A stretch of DNA of 64,000 nucleotides from Paramecium tetraurelia (taxonomy: Eukaryota), in NCBI GenBank assembly GCA_000165425.1, contig CT868152.1:310001-374000 (forward strand), written 5' to 3'. Shown piece after piece: positions 39,579 through 54,600 of the stretch. The notes below the pieces were generated by a model. It was given only the letters and a program-made list of their open reading frames with translations. It searched no databases and was not told where the DNA came from. Position 1 is the first letter of the stretch. Every line of letters begins with the position of its first letter. Made by a program: the position numbers and the translations under genes.

Positions 39579-39814
39579 AAAATAAAAATATATCTAAAAG
39601 TATTTAATTTTTAATAGTTTGTTTAGCCATTTATATTTTCAAGAGATATAAATATAAATCTAGGTTTTCAATTCCTTTTAGGATACTCTATTTTTTTTGA
39701 ATGGATATCGTAATTATAATTTAATATCTGATTAAATAATGATGCATTTCTAAGTGTGAAATATTGGAAAAACAGATTAAATTAAATACATAATATAAAA
39801 ATTGTATATATAAA

Positions 39815-40132
39815 ATGAAGGATTACAGCGAAACACGTCCTCTTAATAAGAAAAGAGTAGTGAGATCTGAATCTCCTCCTCCTCTGCGAATTAGATACAA
39901 TAGGCCTTATAAAACAATAGTTTTATCATTTTTCCTCTTGAGTGCAGGAATCTTATTTACAGAATAAGGGATAATACAATATCAAGAGAAAGGATTAGGC
40001 GAGACTTATCCAATTTTCATTTTAGCAATTATGCTTTTAATACCCGGGGTGTTTTATTCTGGAATGTTTATATTGATAGTATTAGGGATTGGAGGATTCA
40101 CTTATGACATGCTACCATCAGTGAATAATTGA
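39815..40132 (+). CDS. TMEM230: TMEM230/TMEM134-family membrane protein
   Basis: PYKTIVLSFFLLSAGILF...PIFILAIMLLIPGVFY...GIGGFTYDMLP matches the family pattern; 105 aa, intronless. Confidence 0.8.
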
Positions 40133-40155
40133 ATAAAATATATTTAATTGTTAAA

Positions 40156-41219
40156 TCATAAAAAGTACTCTGGTACTCTTCTGGTGGTTTAAGGTTCATT
40201 ATCTCTTGGAGCAGGTTCATATTATGAGCTTTTTTATAGTCAATTAATTTACAAACTCATTTTTAGCTGATCATCAACCTCTACAATGCAAGCTTGATTG
40301 CCACATCTATAACAATAATTTGGGGCTGAGAATATTGTAACTGTTTTCCGTTGATGAACATGCTAAAATCCCTCCATTACTAACTGATGTGCTCTGGCAA
40401 TCAATTTCAATTTATTTTGATGCAAAAATTTATCTGTTATATCTTAACCCCATGTCCATCCTGCTCCTCTAGGAGAAACACCCCATCCCGGCTTGGTTTC
40501 TTCAGGATCGCTCCACAATAAATCACAAATTGCACCATCATGAGGGATGTCTTAAATTCTATTTAATTGTTTGATCTGATCGACTGACTCTATTGCTGGT
40601 GATAGACCACCATGTGTGCAGAAAATCTAATAATAGAAATGCTCAAATACACTGTTTTCAACTATTGCCACCAATGGTAAATAACCAAAAACATCTGTAA
40701 AGTGTTTCCATACAATCTCATTTCCGTACTTTCTCTGACATTCATCATAAAACCCATAAATCTTATTAATTTCTCTGTTTTCATGATTACCTATCATAGT
40801 ATTACTAATTACCTCTCAACACAGTCAACCTATCTTTGTATCGTATTTTTAGACAGAGTATAAGACTGAAGGTTTCAACGCTCTAGGAACCACGATCTAC
40901 ATAGTCACCAAGAAAGAGATAATTTGTTTCCTTAATATTATTTCTTAAAATACTGGTAATCTGCCTCCGATACGAAACAATTCGATTAGATCATGAAATT
41001 AACCATGTATATCACCGCATATTGTTAAGGGTGCTCTTACTGATACAATGTTTGGTTCATCAACTAGTATTTCTTTAGCCTGATTAATAATGCAAATATT
41101 AACACTTTTTAGCACACTAGTTTTATATCATTTTCACTTAATAATTAACCATTATATAGATCTTCAATGTACTTGTCGAAATTTCCCAATTCTGAGTTAC
41201 TCAATTTTTATGGATTCAT
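40156..41219 (-). CDS. PPP2C: Ser/Thr protein phosphatase 2A catalytic subunit
   Basis: [42 protein letters not shown] and C-terminal RRVPEYFL; five small introns. Confidence 0.93.
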
Positions 41220-41556
41220 AAAAAAATTATATAATATAAAATTGATTTCTTATTTTCAGAATAGTTTTGAGAAATAAAAGTGCTATTAAGATTTGGACGT
41301 TTAAGTTTTGTTAACTCAAGGGATATGTAATTAATTCTATAATATTAGATAAAAAGCTGAACATTTCATTCATTATTTTATTTAAGTATTCTAAATATGT
41401 AAACAGACAAAATGTAAAAGTAATAAAACAATTACATAATCATTGTTTTTATAATGCCCTATAAATAATTGGTGGATGCCTCTCTAATGAATATTAATTT
41501 AGATATTTATGCGAAGAATTGTGATTTAGTTATTTAAGATAAACACAATTTAAATT

Positions 41557-41947
41557 TCAACCTGGGCCAACTTTTGGTATATCATAATGTTCTGGCATTT
41601 TTTAAATTTTCTTATTAAAAGTTTCTATTTTTTATCTGTATGTTAATTCCATTTTCTAAATGTTTATTACAATAAATTTACTTTTTCTATTTTATCACCT
41701 AATCTCTTAAGCCTTACTAAATCATACTGGATTTCTGCTTATGTCTTCCCTGTTCCTCCTTATTGAGCCATTTCAACTGGATTGAATTGCTATTTTTTTT
41801 ATTTTTCATTTTCTTATTCTTACTCTTTTGCATATAAGATAATTAATTACTCTCTACTATTTCTTACTATACGTATTGTTTTTTCTCTGTTGGATTGGTT
41901 TTTTGAATTTTTTTTTTTAATTAAAGAGGGCCGAATTTTTATGACAT
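41557..41947 (-). CDS. FAM32A: FAM32A-like spliceosomal protein
   Basis: KTQAE...[31 protein letters not shown], the FAM32A C-terminal signature. Confidence 0.85.
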
Positions 41948-42023
41948 TAAATATAATAATATTTTGCATTAAATAAAACACAATCGAAACCAATAACAAG
42001 TTAACTAGAACAAAATAGCAATA

Positions 42024-43290
42024 ATGTTATAATGGACACAAACTAGCTCACCTCTAAATTATGATAATTTATATAAATATCAAAGAACGAAAGACTATAT
42101 CTTTTAAAGGTTTTTGAATAAAATGGCTTAGTAAATAAGTACTAATTTGAATCAATAAATTAAAATAATTTTTTGTCAAATGTTGAAAATCATTAGGGCA
42201 CATTGGCTAACAATTGGAATTTAGTATAACTATTGAAACAAATATTCTTTTCTCTAAATCCATTTAGAAAATAAACTATTATTTTAATGATCATTAACAT
42301 CAAAAAGACTTAAAAAAGCATTTTCAAAAAGTATCAACTTTGTAACCTTTACTGAGTAAGCTTTATTATTGATTCAGAAAGCTTAAACGACTAAGGATTA
42401 CTAACATAATCAGCCCCATTAAAGGTAGATATATATCAGAGCATGAATAATTTTTGTTGGTGAAATAGCATTAAATTGCTGCCAATATTTTTATAAAAAG
42501 CCTACTTAAAGTTAAATTTCCTCTATAAATGTAAGGCAAGTTTCATCATTATACTTAACAACATAATTGTTATCCGCATCAAAATACAAATCTATATTGA
42601 CTGCTGAATATTGAATTTAGAAAGGAATCATTAGGTTATTCATCCTGTTATGTCTTATAATCAAGATTAGGTCACGATGGAAAATATATTTTGATAGTAA
42701 TTCTTCAGCAAGAGGAGTCAATTGACATATTAGATAAGTGAAAGGCAATAAGGATACAAGAATAGTGATGGAATCGATAGGTTTGCATATGAAAGAAAGA
42801 TTAATGATAAAGGAAGAAAGCAAATAAGAGAAAGAAATTTGATTGGTTAAATATCTACAACTAACCATTATATGAACATTGAAGAAGAATAAGTAGAGCA
42901 ATTTGAAGTTGAATTGAAGGGACTTGGACAATACCTTGGCATTAGTTCAATTTCACATAGAGTTATTTTTTTATAGGAGCAATAACCTATAAAAAATCCA
43001 AATTATTGTCCGTCACCTCAAGAATAATTAACTTATTCTATTCCATCTAGCTATATAAATGGAAATTAAACAAATTAAATTCTAGATGAAATTTAGCTTA
43101 ATTTAATTTAAGATAGATATAAGAATAATCCAGTTGGGCTGACATGGAAACAATCAAACTAATAAGTCAGAATTTAAAAATAGAGTTCTGTACTCTCATT
43201 AAGCAAGAGAGCCCTTCTCCCTGAAAAATAATCATTCACAGGAATTTACTAAAATAAGGGTGCTATAAATTATTATCCTTATTCTGAATG
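42024..43290 (+). pseudogene. Possible fragmented gene
   Basis: Coding-like stretches in several frames (e.g. EEEQVEQFEVELKGLGQYLGISS) are broken by TGAs; I could not build a complete gene model. Confidence 0.25.
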
Positions 43291-43440
43291 ATATATACAT
43301 ATATATTATTATAACAAAATTTGAAAATCTAGGGGTTCGAAATCTAACCTCCATATAAGAAAATCAGCTCTTCAATCAATTTACCCTACCCGCAATTAAG
43401 GAGATCAATTTAATAAAATAAAATATTAATGCAATTATTC

Positions 43441-43844
43441 TCATAAAGAGTCAGCATTTTGTTCTATTCTTCTATATTAATTTTTGGGAGGTGGAAGTTT
43501 CTATTTGCATGATTTTGAATAAGCTTATATTATTTATGAACATCCACAGCATGCAGCAATTGTTAAAATAGAAATTATTGACGCCACTGCCAACCTTTTC
43601 ATTTATCTATCCTGAGCTTCAATTCCTATTTTGATAATATCTTTATCACGATACCCAAAACTTAAAACAAATGATATTGCTCAAGTTCATTTGCTATATC
43701 TAAAAGTGTTAGAGTTTCTTCTTTTTGCATATGTGTACTATCATCTAGATCATATTGCTCTAAGGAAATACTCAGGGAATGCTCTGACTTAATAAAATTA
43801 TTTACATTCACTAACACGAATAACAATAGCATTAATATATTCAT
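43441..43844 (-). CDS. Small single-pass membrane protein with signal peptide
   Basis: MNILMLLLFVLVN...; TM LAVASIISILTIAACCGCS with juxtamembrane Cys; a 29-nt intron near 43627-43655 is needed; ends NADSL-TGA. Confidence 0.6.
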
Positions 43845-43878
43845 GATAATAATAATATAAAACGAATTCAGATTATTT

Positions 43879-44782
43879 TCAAAATTTAATATAACTTGAC
43901 AATCCCTAAGAAGAGTTTTCATTCTGATTTGACATCTAAATATAAATTAATAGTTACTGTCGATTGTATGTTACTTGAAGAACTAAAATTGTCAACATCT
44001 AATATCTTTTTATTGAAATACTCAGAACCTCTAAATAAAAACTTAGATTTGCTATTTGCTCTAATTTTTAACAATATCAATACTGCTATTGATCTAATTG
44101 CATTTCATACTAAAGAAGTTTACTCTCTTATTCATTCACCTTTTTAGTAAGTTCTTAAACTTAATTAATTAATTCTTAACAAGAGGGAGTATTTATTAAT
44201 TTCTTTGTAACACTTAAAATTAATAACATTTTTTACTAATCTAACTACAGATTCTTTGTATCCAATTCGTTTAATAGTTATTTGCATTTGTCCTTATACT
44301 CAGATAATTCCATCAGGATAGCCTTTTAGTTTACCTCATTAACTAAATGTCCAAGAACTATATAAATGATTATAGTTCTATTTACTTCCATTCTCATGCA
44401 AGTCTATTTGAGATTTACTACGTTATTCTAATTATTTCTTTAACATAGATATTTCAGACAGGAGTTGTTATTTCTCATGATTTCTCTTTTAATTGTTGCG
44501 TTCAATGATCATTTAATACTTTTGAATTTCCTATATTGACAGCTCATATTTTAAAGCCAACTCTTTGTATTGTTAATTCTGCACTTATATTTGTTTTTTC
44601 AATTCAATCTCTGCATTCATAGTAGTTTTACTCTTTTTTTTGTAACAAACTGCATTCTCTGCTTATGAAGTTATAGTTCTATTTGTTTATTTGAGTACTA
44701 ATTATGTCTTCTTTAATGGGGACGAACTCTAACCTGGAGTAGCAGAAGGAGATTATTGATGAGAATAGTGAATTTTGTGCAT
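43879..44782 (-). CDS. Uncharacterised coiled-coil protein
   Basis: MHKIHYSHQQSPSATPGQSSSPLKK..., heptad-rich, with several small introns. Some junctions are uncertain. Confidence 0.6.
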
Positions 44783-44810
44783 TAACGAATATATATATTT
44801 TTAATTAATT

Positions 44811-46146
44811 TCAACTATGGCTTTATTCGTAGGCAAACAAATCTAATTGTTATTGCCATTAAGAATTCTCCTCAATTTTATAAGATTTGATTTCATCATC
44901 GTCGACAGCCACTATCTTTTCAACTTTAACTTTTGGTAGATCTGCCATTAATTCGTTTGTATGTTAAAAAAGATTTTCTAACCTTGATTTAACTAATTCA
45001 ACTCTAGGTTGGTACAGAAAGGTTTGAGAAGCAATAGGGTTTTGATTGGTGCAACGAGATTAATCAGGCATCTATAGATTTGTACATCTTGATTAATCTG
45101 GAATTTATTAGTTTGTACATCTAGATTGTTCTTATAGTTGAGGAATTTAATTTTGAGATTATGGATTGGAGTTTCTAGGTTGTTCATTCTTAAAAATATC
45201 GACTGTTTTAGGTTTTTAATATTTTCTACTTGAATTTCTGAGTGCTTTCTAGGATGCAGTAGGCTAGGAGGGTTCTTCATCTTCTGGTATTGCCATAGAT
45301 TACTAATATACAGAAAACTAAGCCTAACTCATTTGAACTTCCTCAACATCTCCTTATTTTTCATAGTTGCATTTTAACTAACTTTCAATGATTTCACTCT
45401 ATTCACACATACTTGATTATTATATAGTATCATTATTCAACTTTAATGTATTTTGTTGAAGTAATTTTGTTGGGAATTTCAGTTCTTGCTGTCTTGATTA
45501 AGGCTTTATATTTTCGACAAACATAGCATAATATTCTTGGGTCTTTAACATATTTAAATCATAATTCTATGGATTTGGAATTTCAATATCATATTGTTCT
45601 TTATCTGAATTCTCATTTTAATCATCCTATTCATCTTTCTGATCAAAGGGATTATCGATACCTTATTCATTAACTTCCTCTTCTTCAGGTTCAAAATCTT
45701 TTTGATCATAATTTTCTTCATCTGAATTTTAATTTGATTCATCCATTTCTTCATCTTAATAATGGTCTTGCATATTTTGGCTTGCCTAAACCCTACTTAA
45801 TTAAGGAGGAATTGACTTTTAAATTGCATTTGTGGGTAATTCGCAACTTTCATCTGTGATAGATGATTTTTATTACAAATGCTACTGAAAGTCATTATTT
45901 GAAAAATTTTAAGATTGCAGAGTCTTGAATTATTAAGACTATGATGTTTTTGCATTTTCTGGTTATTTGAAATTTTGAGACTGTTGTGTTTTTAATTTCA
46001 ATTCTCTTAATTCTGGCATAAAACTCTTTCCTAATTATTCTTCAGTATAGTGCACATACTCAGATTCCCCTGGCAATTCAACATCATTATCAATCATTGA
46101 TTCTGTAATTCCTTTAGGTTTATAATTTTATTACTAGAATTATTGC

Positions 46147-46191
<45 letters not shown>

Positions 46192-47598
46192 TATAATTAT
46201 TATTACTATTATTATTATTAGGAGTAAGGTTATAAATGCTTTTCAGGATGTAACTAGTTTACTTCTTAATATTAATGCGAATATTAAGATGAAATATCAG
46301 ATTATTTAAATTACTTCTAAAACTATTAAGCTTATGAATTTGCTGTAGGGGATTAGAAAGGAGATATTTTGATTGGTTATATGTTTGCTAACTATTATTA
46401 ATGAGGAGATAAATTTTGATTATCTTTTTTACCTAAGGCATTAAAAAAGACGCTAGAAGCAAAGACAGTTGGATCCAAAGGACGCTTTTATTTTCCTTGA
46501 ATAAAGTCTTGTAATTTAAGGATTTCTTGTTCAAATAATTTTTACTCCCTTTATATGTCCATCACTTTTCTTTAGTATTAATCTATTAATATTTGGTTCT
46601 ACATTTCTATTTATTATAATCTAAGTTTTTCTTCTAATATCTATCTAACTAAATCAATTTCCTATCTATTTTGCTAGAGCTACATCAAATATTATTAATG
46701 AACCATAACAGCCTGTGGATGGTGTGTGTTTTGATCATTGAAAAGCACTTATTAATATTGTTATATATTATCCTATGGATGGAATTGATTATAGACATTC
46801 ATCAATGGTGACATAGGAGGGTGATAAGGATTATGTTAATAAGGTGTTTATTGAACATGTTACTAAAGCTAGGAATATTATTAATATTGAGGCTATTACA
46901 TTTATGGTTACATATATTGTTATTATTGTTATTATTATTATTAATGCCTTTGATCTTAAACAGATGATAATTATTCTCTTTATAAATCACTTTCTGGAGA
47001 TAAAATCTGCAATGCAGATTTCTTAATAATGTCTTATTGAGGTTGCTCGTTTTATATATTCTACTTTCCTCTCCTTCCTACCTCTTTTTATTAAACTTAC
47101 TAATCAAATTATTCAACTTACTTTTATTTAACCTATTCCTCCTATCTTTTTTTCTCAAGCATAACTTATTATTAATATTATTATTATTCTAATTCGTCCC
47201 TTCTTCTATTTTCCTCTTCCTCTTCTTTTTTCTTTCTTTTTTTTTCCTCCATTTATCTTTTTAATTCTTCTGCATATTATTCTTTTATAGCTTATTTTTG
47301 TGGATCTTCAGGTTATCCACTAGTGAATCTTCTTTACAGGAATCTTCCTTTTGACTAATCATCAGAAGGTGCAGATTATGGTGGCTAATAATAATTAGGA
47401 GATTGAGGAGGAGGATTATTTCTATAGTCATATTCTTATGGAAAATCAAAGACGTTTGTTGGATTACTGGCTGGCCTTTTGGCAAAATCCTGTTGATTTT
47501 TTAATTGTTATTATTCCATTTCTCTATTTTTTTTTTCCTAAATTTAACGATCGAGTTCTTCTCTATACTTCATTCTTTACAATGCAGCATTATCCTAA

Positions 47599-47631
<33 letters not shown>

Positions 47632-48554
47632 CTCCAACCTTACTAGGATTAGGGCTATCCGAATTTAGAAAAGAAATCTGCTTCTGGTTATGGTTATGGT
47701 TATCTCTAACTTTATTGTGAATGTGGTTTGTATTATTATTATTATTATTATTATTAGTACTAAAGATTTTATTATTACTAATATTGTTACAGTCCCTATT
47801 AGTTTTAAATTTGCTATTAATTTTATTAACCTTTCTAACTAATCTACATATCTAATTGTTCCTTATATTTTCTTTTTTTTTCCCTTTCTTATTCTGCTGC
47901 CTCATTAATTTTATTTTTCTAATAATTACTATTATTATTCATTTAGGGTGATGGTTAATAACGTGGCTCATAACTTTATTTGTCTTGTTATTTGTATGAA
48001 TCATTCTTCATTTAATTATTAAGTTACGACTATTATATTTATCTTCCCCCATAGACTTGATCAGGATAATAATTGGCAACCGGTTATTGCTAATGATGGT
48101 AATTGTTATTTTGTTGATTTGAAACAACTTATTACTTATCTAACCAATCTGCATTTTAATTAATATTTATCTGATTCAAATTTTGTAGAAGCTTTTATTC
48201 CAATTAGACAGGCAATCTTTCCTTTTCTTATTCATAAGCACTTCCTAAGCCATTCTTTCTTCTCAATCTTTCCTCTTCTCTTAATTTAATTCGAGCAGCA
48301 CGTTCTTACTCAGCTTTAGATTACTGAGGAATAACATCCTGATATTCTGCATATACCTTATTTCTGAATGACTCAACATCCTGTCCTGCATATTCTAATT
48401 ATTTTAAATTTTCTTCTTTTTCTTAGAGTTGCTGCATTCTTAATTCTCTCTTTTTATTTTCTGCTTACATTTGAAGTTCCATTTTCAATTAATCTTCATT
48501 CATTTAAGGATTTTACTATCTTTCATTTCTAGTTCTTGGAGGTCTTCCAATCAT
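44811..48554 (-). CDS. Large Gln/Pro-rich low-complexity coiled-coil protein (contains a CCDC66/CSPP1-like segment)
   Basis: MIGRPPRTRNER... ~1200 aa; YAEELKRQMEEKKRKKKEEEE coiled motif; TAA-coded poly-Gln; acidic region; ends QSHS-TGA. The family link is inference. Confidence 0.7.
46140..46222 (-). repeat. (TTA)n microsatellite encoding poly-Gln (TAA codons) inside a CDS
   Basis: Near-perfect TTA run within the minus-strand gene 44811-48554. Similar tracts lie at ~29905-30000, ~47600-47630 and ~52020-52090. Confidence 0.85.
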
Positions 48555-48615
48555 AATCGTTAATAAAATAAAAAAAATAGTTAAATTATTCTAAATAATG
48601 TGAAATTATTTTATA

Positions 48616-51600
48616 TCAAGCAAAACCAAAACCTTCTTTTCCTTCCATAATTGCCAGCTCCAATTTCTCCTTTAAAATCTATCTAGCTGGATAATCAGGT
48701 AAGTCTAATTAATTAAAGCTAATTGATATGGGATTAACATTTACCATGTGTGTGATGTAGGTAATTCAAAATTGACATAAGGTTTTTTATGTATTTATAT
48801 TTTTTGAGGGCCATGCATTCCTTTTAACTCCTTGAATCCTCCTAAAGGAACTTTAGAAGTGCCTAAATAATGATTAATGGATGAAATACCTGTAACAAAT
48901 TACAAGAATGCTGCTCTTTTACTTTTATCGAAACTCTCTAACAACTCCCATAACCACTAAATTACTTTATTTTCTTTATCGTAACCATGATATTCAATGT
49001 TTTCCTTCATGTCCTCAACTAAAATAATCAATATATAAATCTTACGATCAATGTCAGGTAGACCACACAACATTAGCTCCATTTCTTTCCATTCAAAAAT
49101 GCTTACTAATGATTATGGTATCAATTCATGAAATCCATTCAAAAATGCTTCAATCTAATCCTTAATTTCTTTAGCCATCTTTTAATAACAGTAAATCTGA
49201 ACATACTCTTATTTATTCTCTTCAGTAACTAACTTTGTTTTTCCTCCTTCAATTAATTCTCTTTCTTCTAGTTTACCAAAGTGATCAACATTGTATGTCC
49301 AATAGATTCCCCAATCTGTAACATTTTCTTCTAAAATTTTCTTCATACTATTATATTCATTTAAATCTATGTCCTCCATATCATGAATTGTTAATTTCTA
49401 ACCCAAAATATGTTTATAAAAAGAACGTGTGAAATATGTGTCCAATAATTATCCATCATATAGTGCTTTACCTACAATTCTTCCGATGAATTTAAAATAT
49501 TTAACATGATCTGGATTCACATGAGATTTATTGCTTGGTTAAAACATTTGCCCATTTAATGATGGAGTAAAGAGAGCATAATTTGGATTGAAAATCTCTT
49601 TTGAAAGCATTAAAAACCATTCTCTAGTGACACCCCCTGCATCAACTCCTTCTTCTCCATCAAATTCCACATGTAATTTACCCTTCAATTCTTCTGGCTT
49701 TAATTTGCTTATACGATGATATGAATCCATAAATATATCCTTTCTTCTACATCTTAAATTGATATTTCCATAATGATGTCTATTGTTCTGCATTTTCAAT
49801 TGTTTCAACTCCATCTTGAAATACTTCTGCTTATTATCAAAATCTACTATTCTAGGATTCTTAAATATTATCACTCCTAAAGAATCATTAACCAACTTCC
49901 CTTTCTCTCTCAATTCTTATAATCTCTCTCTAATCATCATATTCAATAGAACCTTGCCACTCTCACAAATCTATTAGAATAATTCATCATGCAATTATTG
50001 TTCTTAAACCTCCTATTATTATCCTTCCATACTAGCGATCTTTGTTGGTTCTCTTTAAACATTTTTATTCTTTCTAATAGGATTAACTAATTAATAGATA
50101 ATGAAAAAGCATTCCAAATATGGAGATATTTTTGTACTTAATTTTGCTAACTTTTGTTAAGGTATATCTTGTAAGAGTTTTATCAAATTTCTCCACAATT
50201 ATATTAAACCTTAATCTTCCAACAATTCCTTGAAATTGCTTCTTGTATCTTGTTAGTCATTATTTTCACCTATTTTATCATTCATTTCTCTAACAAACTA
50301 AAATACATTGATTAGAACTTTATCTGCCGTAAAGATCTCATCATATTAGCATTATTTGTCAAAGTTATTATTTATTTCTCTAGTTATCCTTTAAATAAAT
50401 TCCTTTATATATTTTATAATTAATTGTTGGTTCTCCTTATTATTACTAAGATTTAAAATAATATGAGAGAAGTTCTTAACACTTCTGTTCATATTTTGCA
50501 ACAATATTGTGCAAACGCATTCCACTGATCTTGAGTCTAAATTTAATTAATCTTATTTAAAGTCCTTCTACTTTGTTGTAATATTTGAAATTGCTTAAAT
50601 CAATAACTCTTGATGATCACCTTTAAACAAAGGTAATAGCTATATTAATTACAACAATGGAAGATCTTAACTACCTTCTGACATTTTGGCTATGGATGAC
50701 AATTAATCCTTATTTCTTTGTTTCAAAGAAGTATTTTATTGATGGACCCTACAATTTTGAAATTTAAATAGAGGATCTTTAATGAAACTATCTCATAAAT
50801 CTTATTTTAATCTCTTAATAGTCCATTTCTTCTTATTAATACTTATGGAGGGAATTCCCCTTAGTCTGTTCTCTGATTACGATTCTTAAGAATGAAAAAT
50901 AGAGTGTCAATCAATTTATATTCGACATTTGGATTGTTTGTCAAAGCAATGAATAAGTTTATTGGGAAATTAACAAAACTATGGGACTCAACATAAAGTA
51001 ATCTCAATAAAGATTCAGCAAACTCATCATCAACATTTCCCAATTTTTATACTAAATGTCGTTAAGTTTGAAGTAAGTTCTTCAAGTTCAAAGATTTTTG
51101 GTTCTCCTTTCTTTGTAATTGTGGTTATGGGTTGAGATTGCGTTAGAGTTATTACTAAGGATCCACTTAATAGTACAGTTATCTTTCTGTCTATTCAATT
51201 GCCCTTTAATCAGCTCGATCTCTTATATAAGTGGCTTCCTACCTTAGATCTTAAGGCAGATTTCGCACTTATTCAGCACTTATTTATAAATACATTTCCT
51301 CTCTATCATCATATGGAGTTTAATTTATTAAAGCAATCAATTGATCTAGATCTGAAAGTTATTATGGTTGATTTTAAGTTGGTTGTACATATTATTAATA
51401 GATTTCTCTTCTAATTTCTGGAGGTAATGATTATAAGAATTATGGGTCTATTCCTTCGATATCATTTATTTCTTTATTTTCTGGAATGTTTGAGATAATA
51501 TCAATCATCATATCTTCCTATAAATCTTCAAATACTGATGGATCTATGTTGTTGTTTGTTAAATCATCGAAAGTTCTACCAGCCCTTTATAAGAAGCTGA

Positions 51601-54600
51601 AGGTGTTGGGATAAAGTTATTCTAAATTTAATTATTATTCTTATTAAATAGTTTAAATTTGTTATTCTACTTTTTAAGGTTAATCTTCTGTTTGCATTTG
51701 TTATTATTATTGTTATTATTATTATTATTATTACTATTATTATGGTTGTTATTATTATTATTGATCTTATTTTTTTCCTTATTATTAGGACTCTTAACTT
51801 GAAGCTTCTATTTACATAACTTCTGAGTTTGTTTTAGGAATAACAACTTATTGCTCTTCAACTTGAATTTATTATTAAATTTACAATTATTCTTATTATT
51901 ACTGTGATTATTGCGATTATGATTATTGTGATTATTACTGTAGCAGATTCATAAATTATTATTATATTTGATCTTATAAGTTTTGTAAATTTTAAGATTG
52001 TTGTTATAAGGGAGCAGGATTTTATTATTATTATTATTATTATTGTTACTGTTATTGTTATTATAATTATTATTATTATTATTATTACTATTATGGTTAT
52101 TATAAACTTTATGAGATTTAATTCCAATTAAATAATCGAATAAATTATGATTCTCTACTATGATTATAATCTTGCTATTGGTGTTATTAAAATAAGTTAG
52201 CTTATGGTTGAATTTGTTATTGTAGTTATTATTCAAGTTATAATTCTTCTCTTCTATTTCGAAATGTTGATCTATATCTATCTTATCTAATTTACTCAAG
52301 TCTTTCTTGTCTGTCAATCTGATCAAATCTTGCTGCTTAAAACCTATTAAAAATTCTATCATTTTAGTCAATTCTAAAGATTTCATTAGTCAATCTATTA
52401 TCTCTAAATAGTGGTTACATTCTCAATTCTTGTCCATATGATCTTTCATCTAATTAGAATGATTTAGCTATGAATTGAGTCAATTCTGTCCACCAATTAA
52501 TTGGTTAAGAATCTTCAGGGGAGGTCATTTTAGGTAATGAATAGACTAGTTTATCTAAAACCTTCACAAATTATTATGGGAATTGAATTCCAATTAATTG
52601 AATGATAGATTTGGTCATTTTAGCAAATGCCTAATCTTCTCTACTAGTAAGATGATGGAATTGTTTAGTGACTTCAATATTTTCTTCTGAAATTTCATCA
52701 TCATTGTGCTCCTCCTATTCGAATCCTTCATTTTCCTCATCAATAACTCCATCTTCTTAATCTTCTTCATGTTCTTCTTCATCCTCTTAATCCATGTCTT
52801 CTTCAGCGTCACTCTAAATTTCACTATTTGAGGCATTTTCTTCTTCCTATTCATCTTGCTCATCCTACTCACTTCCTTCCTCTTCCTCTTGTTGATCATT
52901 ATCTTCATCTTCATCCTCTTCATCAGTCCAACTAGATGAAGAATTCTAAGCTTCTTCTGGTTCTATTTGATTATTTCCACTTTAACTAGATCCCCAACTA
53001 TTTTCCTCTTCTTCTAGATCCTCTGGAGCTGATTCATGAGAATTATGAGAGTCTCCACTTTATTCGCTATGCATATCATTGTCATCATATTCCAATTCTA
53101 ACATACCATCATCTTCTTCAATGTTGGCAATCAATTCCACATTCACAAGTCTATTTCTTCTTCTAAAAGGAGATAAGATTTATTAAAATTCCAATTCTTC
53201 ATGTTATTGATTTGAGTTTAATTCTTCTAGGAATGAAATTGGTAAAAGAGGCCATTTTTAGAAATATTTGATTGAATCCTGATATAAAATACTCTTATTT
53301 GGTACTAATTATGAATTGATCTCTTCTGGCAACAATTATCCTATCATACCTTGCAATTGAAAATGATCTCCATATTATTCTTATTGTTATTTGGAAATTA
53401 CAATAGGAGCAGGTTTGTAAAATAGAAGATAAATAGCCATATTGAATAATACTGCTAGGGTTTCTGTTACAAATTACAATTCCTTTTCATAAATGTAATA
53501 TGAGTTCAATTCGAAGTTCTTCATTCCATCCATATACAATTTTATAAAGTTAAAGGAGTTTGTGGTGTCATGAATATTTCTATAACAAATCTTTGCCACT
53601 GATTTTATCTATAGTAGACGTATTAAAGTATATGAGTATTAACAAACTATTGAATCAAAGTTCTTAATTCTTTTTTCAATGCCCTCATATAATTCACTCA
53701 CAATCTTTCTCCTTGTTTCATTTGAAAATGGAACAATAACATTATTGGCCATTTAATACAACAAGACATTGTCCAAACACAATTCAAATAGTAGATTCTT
53801 TGCAGGAGTCATAATTCTAGTAATAAGAGTAAGAAAAGAGATTTTTCTCGGAAACTCCAAATCTTAGTAGTCTGTACTTAATTATTTTTAATAAGGCTTT
53901 AAAAATTTACTGCAATTTACTCTCACTATCTTTGGTATCAGAACAGGATATCTTCGAATCAATATTTACAATACTTAAGTAATAGTGTACCAATGATATT
54001 GATATTATTCATTTTCGAAAAATGAACTTATCATCTATTGTATTAATAATTTAATTAGGATTTATGCTTCTTAAGTATGTTAGAAGTTGGATTGTAATTG
54101 TAGTTTATCTTCACTCTTTTTTTTTTTTGAGATTTATTTGCTTTTTTTAGCAGTTTCAGGTTCCTTATGCTTTTAAAAACTAGTAGGTTAAACGCAATCG
54201 AAAGTGTGTAATGAACAACCTTTCCTAAGATTCAAATACTTAACTCCTTCAACAGTTTCTCCATCTTCAAATAAGTGAGACATAACCTCTTTAACTTCAT
54301 CTGTATAAAAGGCTTAAGTTTAAATGGCCAATAAAGCTGGATGATTTGAAGCAATCTTGATGTCATTTGTTATGGGAATATTATAATAAATTGGTTAAAA
54401 GCAGATGGGGTAATGAGGTTAATGTTGTTGCTAAACCTATGATTAAGGTTGCTATTGTTGCTTATTAATGTTCTCAATCTCTTTATTATATTCTTGATTA
54501 TAGAGGATCTTTTTAATTTTAGCTTCAATCTGAGCGATTACCAAGCTCTTGTCATGAACAATTGAAAGTGCTAGTTTAGTCAATGGAAACATGTGATTTT

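Noticed and set aside
43331..43353. GGGGTTCGAAATC resembling a tRNA T-loop / B-box
   Set aside because: No acceptor, D or anticodon stems can be built in the flanking AT-rich sequence.
51858..52386. Poly-Ile and poly-Asn ORFs in the track
   Set aside because: Alternative frames of the TAA-repeat poly-Gln insert within the HECT ligase gene.
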